Shown here: positions 28,805 through 32,000 of the stretch, piece by piece
Position numbering within the stretch: position 1 is the first letter of the stretch
How the letters are laid out: the number at the start of each line of letters is the position of its first letter
Origin: Vibrio phage VCPH
Sequence record: AP014889.1
Reading direction: 5' to 3' (one strand)
DNA: 32,000 nt
Program-made: the position numbers and the translations under genes
The notes under the pieces: generated by a model
The model's database searches: none
Told to the model about the DNA's origin: nothing
The model's input: the letters and a program-made list of their open reading frames with translations, nothing else

Positions 28805-28940
28805 AGTGATTTTCCTCTTTTTGAGTAAGATTAATAGGGTGCGTTGACTCGCAACCTTGTGGGTTTATTCCCCATCTAGGCACTCATTGAATGCCTAGAA
28901 AGTGAATACTTATTCAAATAAGAGAGAGAAAAACCTGTCC

Positions 28941-28956
28941 AAATTGTTAAAGAGCG
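28941..28956 (-). promoter_or_regulatory. boxA-like antitermination element
   Basis: Minus strand CGCTCTTTAACAATTT. GCTCTTTAACAATTT is a 15-nt match to the E. coli rrn leader boxA region as remembered (TGCTCTTTAACAATTTA). Confidence 0.65.
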
Positions 28957-28993
28957 TTTGGCTGTTTAAGTCGTTTTCCCTGACTGCCCTTAT

Positions 28994-29022
28994 AATGTAG
29001 CTTAGGGCGTTTTGCCTGTCAA
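28994..29022 (-). promoter_or_regulatory. Sigma70 promoter for the pre-early A2/A1/dmp transcript
   Basis: Minus strand: consensus TTGACA (29017-29022), 17-nt spacer, TACATT (28994-28999). The boxA-like element lies about 30-45 nt downstream of the expected start. Confidence 0.7.
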
Positions 29023-29249
29023 CAAGTTTTTTCAACTTTTTTCAGACCGTTTTCAGTTCGCTTGGCTGCCTTGGCTGCCGTTGTTCCCTGTCAACACGGA
29101 TAATATTAGGCTAATGAGTTTTAGAATGGAAATAACAAAAACGCATAAGATATAGCTGTAGGTAATAAAAAGTTCCCTCATTTATATATAAATATATATT
29201 GCAAGAATCGTGCCAACAATTCGAACGATCAAAAAATAGTTACAAAATA

Positions 29250-29265
29250 CTGTATAAATATACAT
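29250..29265. promoter_or_regulatory. Degenerate LexA-type palindrome
   Basis: CTGTATAAATATACAT, which shares CTGTATAAATATACA with the site at 29689. Confidence 0.45.
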
Positions 29266-29266
29266 G

Positions 29267-29298
29267 GCTCTAAAACGCTCTGTAAGCGATTCTAAGCG
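29267..29298 (+). repeat. Copy A of the dispersed repeat family
   Basis: GCTCTAAAACGCTCTGTAAGCGATTCTAAGCG. Related copies occur at 29573-29605 and 30609-30641, with an inverted copy at 29936-29965. Confidence 0.85.
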
Positions 29299-29688
29299 AA
29301 AATTTTTGTTTTTGAGGTAAGGGTAGGGTAGATCCGGTTTGATACCCTTAGCGGCTCATACAGGCTCATTTCGTATTTTGTCGAAATATACCCATTTTTC
29401 GGACTTTTGGGCGTTTCAGGCAAAAAAGGGACAGAACGCCGTTTTTTTACAAGTTTTGTTTTGGACAGTGTTTTATTAGGTCTAGGTCACACTTTTGCGT
29501 CAATAGTTGGCACGTTTATTGCTAGGAAAACGGTTGCGGAGGGGATGCAATAATCGTGCCAAGGGCGATATGCCCTAAAACGCTCTGTATGGCTCTCTAA
29601 GCGATTTTACGCCTTAGCCATACATATGCCTTGCTATAGGTCGAAAAACCCGTTAGAAAAAATTCCCTTATAAATCAATGACTTACAG

Positions 29689-29704
29689 CTGTATAAATAT
29701 ACAG
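29689..29704. promoter_or_regulatory. LexA-box-like palindrome
   Basis: CTGT-ATAAATAT-ACAG, a perfect CTGT-N8-ACAG with an AT-rich core. Confidence 0.6.
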
Positions 29705-29764
29705 TTGGCACGCTTCTTGCCGAAGCAAGATGTATGCCAAGATTTTTTGCAGAATGCGAATGAG

Positions 29765-29773
29765 TTATCCACA
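29765..29773 (+). promoter_or_regulatory. DnaA box
   Basis: TTATCCACA, exact consensus match. Confidence 0.8.
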
Positions 29774-29789
29774 ATACCGTATACCCTAC

Positions 29790-29798
29790 TGTGGATAA
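29790..29798 (-). promoter_or_regulatory. DnaA box
   Basis: TGTGGATAA, reverse complement of TTATCCACA. Confidence 0.8.
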
Positions 29799-29810
29799 CC
29801 AGTAGTTACC

Positions 29811-29826
29811 CTGTATGGGTATACAG
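29811..29826. promoter_or_regulatory. LexA-box-like palindrome / hairpin
   Basis: CTGT-ATGGGTAT-ACAG. The extended arms CCTGTAT/ATACAGG span 29810-29827. Confidence 0.6.
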
Positions 29827-29889
29827 GCTAAAATCACGTAATTAGATAACGAACACCTCCCAAAAAGCTCTGTGACGCTCTGTGTTGAG

Positions 29890-29898
29890 TTATCCACA
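29890..29898 (+). promoter_or_regulatory. DnaA box
   Basis: TTATCCACA, exact. The flank TGAGTTATCCACA is shared with the first box. Confidence 0.8.
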
Positions 29899-30016
29899 CC
29901 TACTATGCACTTTAATAAGGCTAGGAGCTAAAACCGCTTAGAATGGCTTACAGGGCGTTTTAGAGAAGCCCAAATTATTTTTGTGAGCCAGGTCACACTT
30001 TTGAACATGTAATTCC

Positions 30017-30046
30017 CTTACAGCGTTTTTTGGTCTATAGTATAAG
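30017..30046 (+). promoter_or_regulatory. Candidate promoter for the small plus-strand ORFs
   Basis: CTTACA (30017-30022), 18-nt spacer, TATAAG (30041-30046). An alternative -10, TATAGT, lies at 30036-30041. Confidence 0.4.
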
Positions 30047-30076
30047 CATGTTTAACGAAACAACGGCGGAGGCAAC

Positions 30077-30211
30077 ATGCCTAAATCAGTAGCTATTATA
30101 TATGCGGTAGTCATGGCGCTAGTGTTCGCATACCTAGTTGACACGGTTCAAGATTTGGGTCATGATATGCGCTCTAAAGTTGAGAACCCAGTAATGGAGA
30201 TTATGAAATGA
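30077..30211 (+). CDS. 44-aa small membrane protein, not in the supplied ORF track
   Basis: ATG 30077 preceded by GGAGG (30068-30072). Translates MPKSVAIIYAVVMALVFAYLVDTVQDLGHDMRSKVENPVMEIMK*. ATGA overlap with the next ORF. Confidence 0.7.
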   Translation: MPKSVAIIYAVVMALVFAYLVDTVQDLGHDMRSKVENPVMEIMK

Positions 30212-30408
30212 TAGGTAACATTTGTGCAACGATTGGCTTTTATCTGTTGGTGGTTATGGGTACTGTATTCGGTATATTCGGTCTGGTCGGTATCTATGAG
30301 TTCAGTCTAGGCAAGGCTGAATTAGATTTGGTCTTAGCGCTTGGCTCACTACTTATTAGTGGTGGTTCATACGGTATCGCTTCACTAGTAGACTTGAGAA
30401 GAGGGTAA
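30208..30408 (+). CDS. Small membrane protein (66 aa)
   Basis: Two hydrophobic segments, coupled to the upstream ORF by an ATGA overlap. Confidence 0.7.
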   Translation: MIGNICATIGFYLLVVMGTVFGIFGLVGIYEFSLGKAELDLVLALGSLLISGGSYGIASLVDLRRG

Positions 30409-30411
30409 GTG

Positions 30412-30594
30412 ATGGATTCGCTAATCTGGTTTATCATCAACTTTCAATACGGTATCTTGTTTAACAAGGGTGCGTTGTGGGTCGGCGCACATTGGTCAGG
30501 GTATAATCGTCGTTGGTGTATCAACGTTGTACCTTGTATTACAATATGGGTAAGCTTGCCTCACGGTAAAGCACCTGCAAGAGCCCTGTTATAA
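30412..30594 (+). CDS. Small conserved phage membrane-associated protein (60 aa)
   Basis: MDSLIWFIINFQYGILFNKGALWVGAHWSGYNRRWCINVVPCITIWV. ATG 30412 is preceded by GAGGG; the ORF track uses GTG 30409. Confidence 0.65.
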   Translation: MDSLIWFIINFQYGILFNKGALWVGAHWSGYNRRWCINVVPCITIWVSLPHGKAPARALL

Positions 30595-30608
30595 CTTTTA
30601 GTTATATG

Positions 30609-30641
30609 CCTCTCAGACGCTCTGTAAGCGATTCTGAGAGG
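30609..30641 (+). repeat. Copy D of the repeat family forming a stem-loop (possible terminator)
   Basis: CCTCTCAGA-CGCT-CTGTA-AGCG-AT-TCTGAGAGG, followed by TTTTAC. Confidence 0.65.
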
Positions 30642-30727
30642 TTTTACTGAAAACCGGTACATTAGTACCTAAAAAGTGTTTATGCACTTTTAACCCAAAA
30701 ACTGAATATTTATGCGGAGATATGCAA

Positions 30728-31078
30728 ATGATTAAATTCAACCAAGCTACCCAACTGAAAAGCCTAGACGAGATTTTCACTGCTATGCGTGAGCGCAACA
30801 GTGGTGCGGAGTATGATCAAGATCCAACCAACACTGAGAAATACTACCTACCTAAGCTAAGCTATTTCGTAGTAACACATCCGGCGTACGGTATCACGAT
30901 TCTAGATGTTGATTTGGATGTGATGGGTATTTATAGCAGTGACCTGTTTGGTCTACCTGATAACCCTGTTATCCCTCAAGACCTTAAAAACTGGTTTGGA
31001 CTGGATGCCGATGAATCCTTTGAGGATAAGGAATGGCATGCCGTAACGGTGAAATCGCTAGAAATTACCAGTGAATAA
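30728..31078 (+). CDS. Hypothetical pre-early region protein
   Basis: ATG 30728 (MIKFNQATQLK) is 7 nt after GGAGA. The ATG at 30722 in the track is only 1 nt from the SD. Confidence 0.65.
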   Translation: MIKFNQATQLKSLDEIFTAMRERNSGAEYDQDPTNTEKYYLPKLSYFVVTHPAYGITILDVDLDVMGIYSSDLFGLPDNPVIPQDLKNWFGLDADESFEDKEWHAVTVKSLEITSE

Positions 31079-31188
31079 TGTGAGCTAGGTCACTTGCACT
31101 TATGCCCTAGATGACTTACTATTAAATCTCTAGGGCAAACGAGCCCACCGGATACCGCCACCGGATTTTTGGCGAGGGAATCAAGACC

Positions 31189-31623
31189 ATGACTATTCTT
31201 AAAACTGCAATTGCTACTACTGGCGCTGTTCACGTTTCATCACTTGGCAAACTGCCTGTAGTGACTAATGCTCAACGTGAGCGCTTTCAGACTCACATGT
31301 TGAATATGGCACTGTCTATCGACTCTATCGGTTTTCACAAACTAGCTAACCTGTACACGGTAGAATTTGAGAACGATATGATTACTGAGGGACAGTGCCG
31401 TTCACTACGCTTTCAGCTAGCAATGGCATATGAGAACCTGTATGGCATGGAACATGCGGCAAAATTTATGGGCGTTGAAAAAGTGACCATTGATAGCGAT
31501 TCAGCTATTAGCGCTGATTGGAATAAGCAGCGTCTAGAAAATAACCAATGCACTCAATGGGTAGACAATGAGATTGTAAACCTACCTGAGCCAAAATTAG
31601 AACTACGCTACTATGGTGTTTAG
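31189..31623 (+). CDS. Hypothetical protein
   Basis: 144-aa intact ORF with upstream GAGGGA. Confidence 0.6.
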   Translation: MTILKTAIATTGAVHVSSLGKLPVVTNAQRERFQTHMLNMALSIDSIGFHKLANLYTVEFENDMITEGQCRSLRFQLAMAYENLYGMEHAAKFMGVEKVTIDSDSAISADWNKQRLENNQCTQWVDNEIVNLPEPKLELRYYGV

Positions 31624-31724
31624 TTCATATCCGGCTGCCCTACGGTGGGCAGCCAAACAAGGCAAGCCATTCCATACAGTGCGAATGGCTTATAACAAAA
31701 TCCTTTACATAGAGAATCCAGATT

Positions 31725-32000
31725 ATGCTAAAACTTGCATCTGATAACCAACCAACCAAAATTCTAGCTCGTAGCCTGATGGAAGGTCAGCTTTTTATTA
31801 AGAAGGGCGAACCACTAACAGCCGACAACGTAAAAATGGCTGTCTGTCATTTTGGCGACAATGATGATGATGTGGTGTTCATCTACCCGTTTGCGGCTAG
31901 TCGTCTATCAGTAGGGTACGACGAATTAAATAACAATTATGTTAATGAGAGTACCGAGGTCGAATTGGTTACTTTTGTCGGTGAGTTGGAGCGTGAATAA
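31725..32000 (+). CDS. Hypothetical acidic protein
   Basis: 91-aa ORF with the stop codon at the last base of the window. Confidence 0.5.
   Translation: MLKLASDNQPTKILARSLMEGQLFIKKGEPLTADNVKMAVCHFGDNDDDVVFIYPFAASRLSVGYDELNNNYVNESTEVELVTFVGELERE

Larger units (their letters stand above)
28850..30050. promoter_or_regulatory. Repeat-dense non-coding control region, candidate analogue of the T5 injection-stop/second-step-transfer region
   Basis: About 1.2 kb without convincing ORFs, between divergent gene groups, packed with DnaA boxes, palindromes, and direct and inverted repeats (detailed in findings). Confidence 0.6.

Noticed and set aside
28991-28996. TATAAT on the plus strand
   Set aside because: No -35 at 16-18 nt (AAGTCG), and no downstream plus-strand gene for about 1 kb. 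More likely incidental to the opposite-strand promoter.
29411-29449. GGCGTT...AACGCC followed by GTTTTTTTA as a plus-strand terminator
   Set aside because: Only a 6-bp stem with a long 19-nt loop and no plus-strand gene upstream; too weak to call.
25505-29786. Shared 8-mer GTATACCC near the terS promoter (25505) and near the DnaA boxes (29779)
   Set aside because: An 8-bp match alone is compatible with chance. Not claimed as a common operator.
29634-29897. 87-aa minus-strand ORF in the repeat region
   Set aside because: It overlaps the DnaA boxes, LexA-like palindromes and repeats, has no convincing SD, and its composition looks random. Treated as non-coding.
28850-30050. CRISPR array, tRNA or integrase/lysogeny module in the repeat-rich region
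   Set aside because: Repeats are irregularly spaced and variably oriented with no spacer periodicity. No cloverleaf or repressor/integrase ORF was seen.

Overview
This window looks like the late/terminal-repeat junction of a T5-like siphophage (Demerecviridae-type organisation). No database search was run; the calls rest on gene order, motifs and lengths. From 1 to about 25.5 kb there is a continuous minus-strand late block. Read 5'->3' on the minus strand it runs: small terminase-like gene, large terminase, HNH protein, portal, small ORF, prohead protease, major capsid protein, GIY-YIG/T5orf172-like endonuclease, connector genes, tail terminator-like, two consecutive tail-tube-type genes sharing an N-terminus, split tail chaperone ORFs, tape measure, distal tail protein, 949-aa baseplate hub, 972-aa central fibre, QueC-like PP-loop enzyme, small baseplate protein and an 820-aa repeat-containing fibre. 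After a G-rich tract and a perfect 12-bp inverted repeat (about 25.72-25.78 kb) the content changes to minus-strand genes resembling the T5 pre-early set: HAD phosphatase (dmp-like), calcineurin-like A1 and an A2-like protein. A non-coding region of about 1.2 kb (28.85-30.05 kb) follows, then small plus-strand ORFs. That region contains three perfect DnaA boxes, two perfect CTGT-N8-ACAG (LexA-type) palindromes plus one degenerate copy, a 32-bp-class dispersed/inverted repeat family, CGTGCCAA/TTGGCACG elements in alternating orientation, and a TTGACA promoter followed by a 15-nt match to the rRNA-operon boxA antitermination sequence. The most interesting candidates are this putative injection-stop/control region, the rrn-like boxA in the pre-early leader, the QueC-like gene inside the tail module, and the non-standard expression signals between the tail chaperone ORFs.
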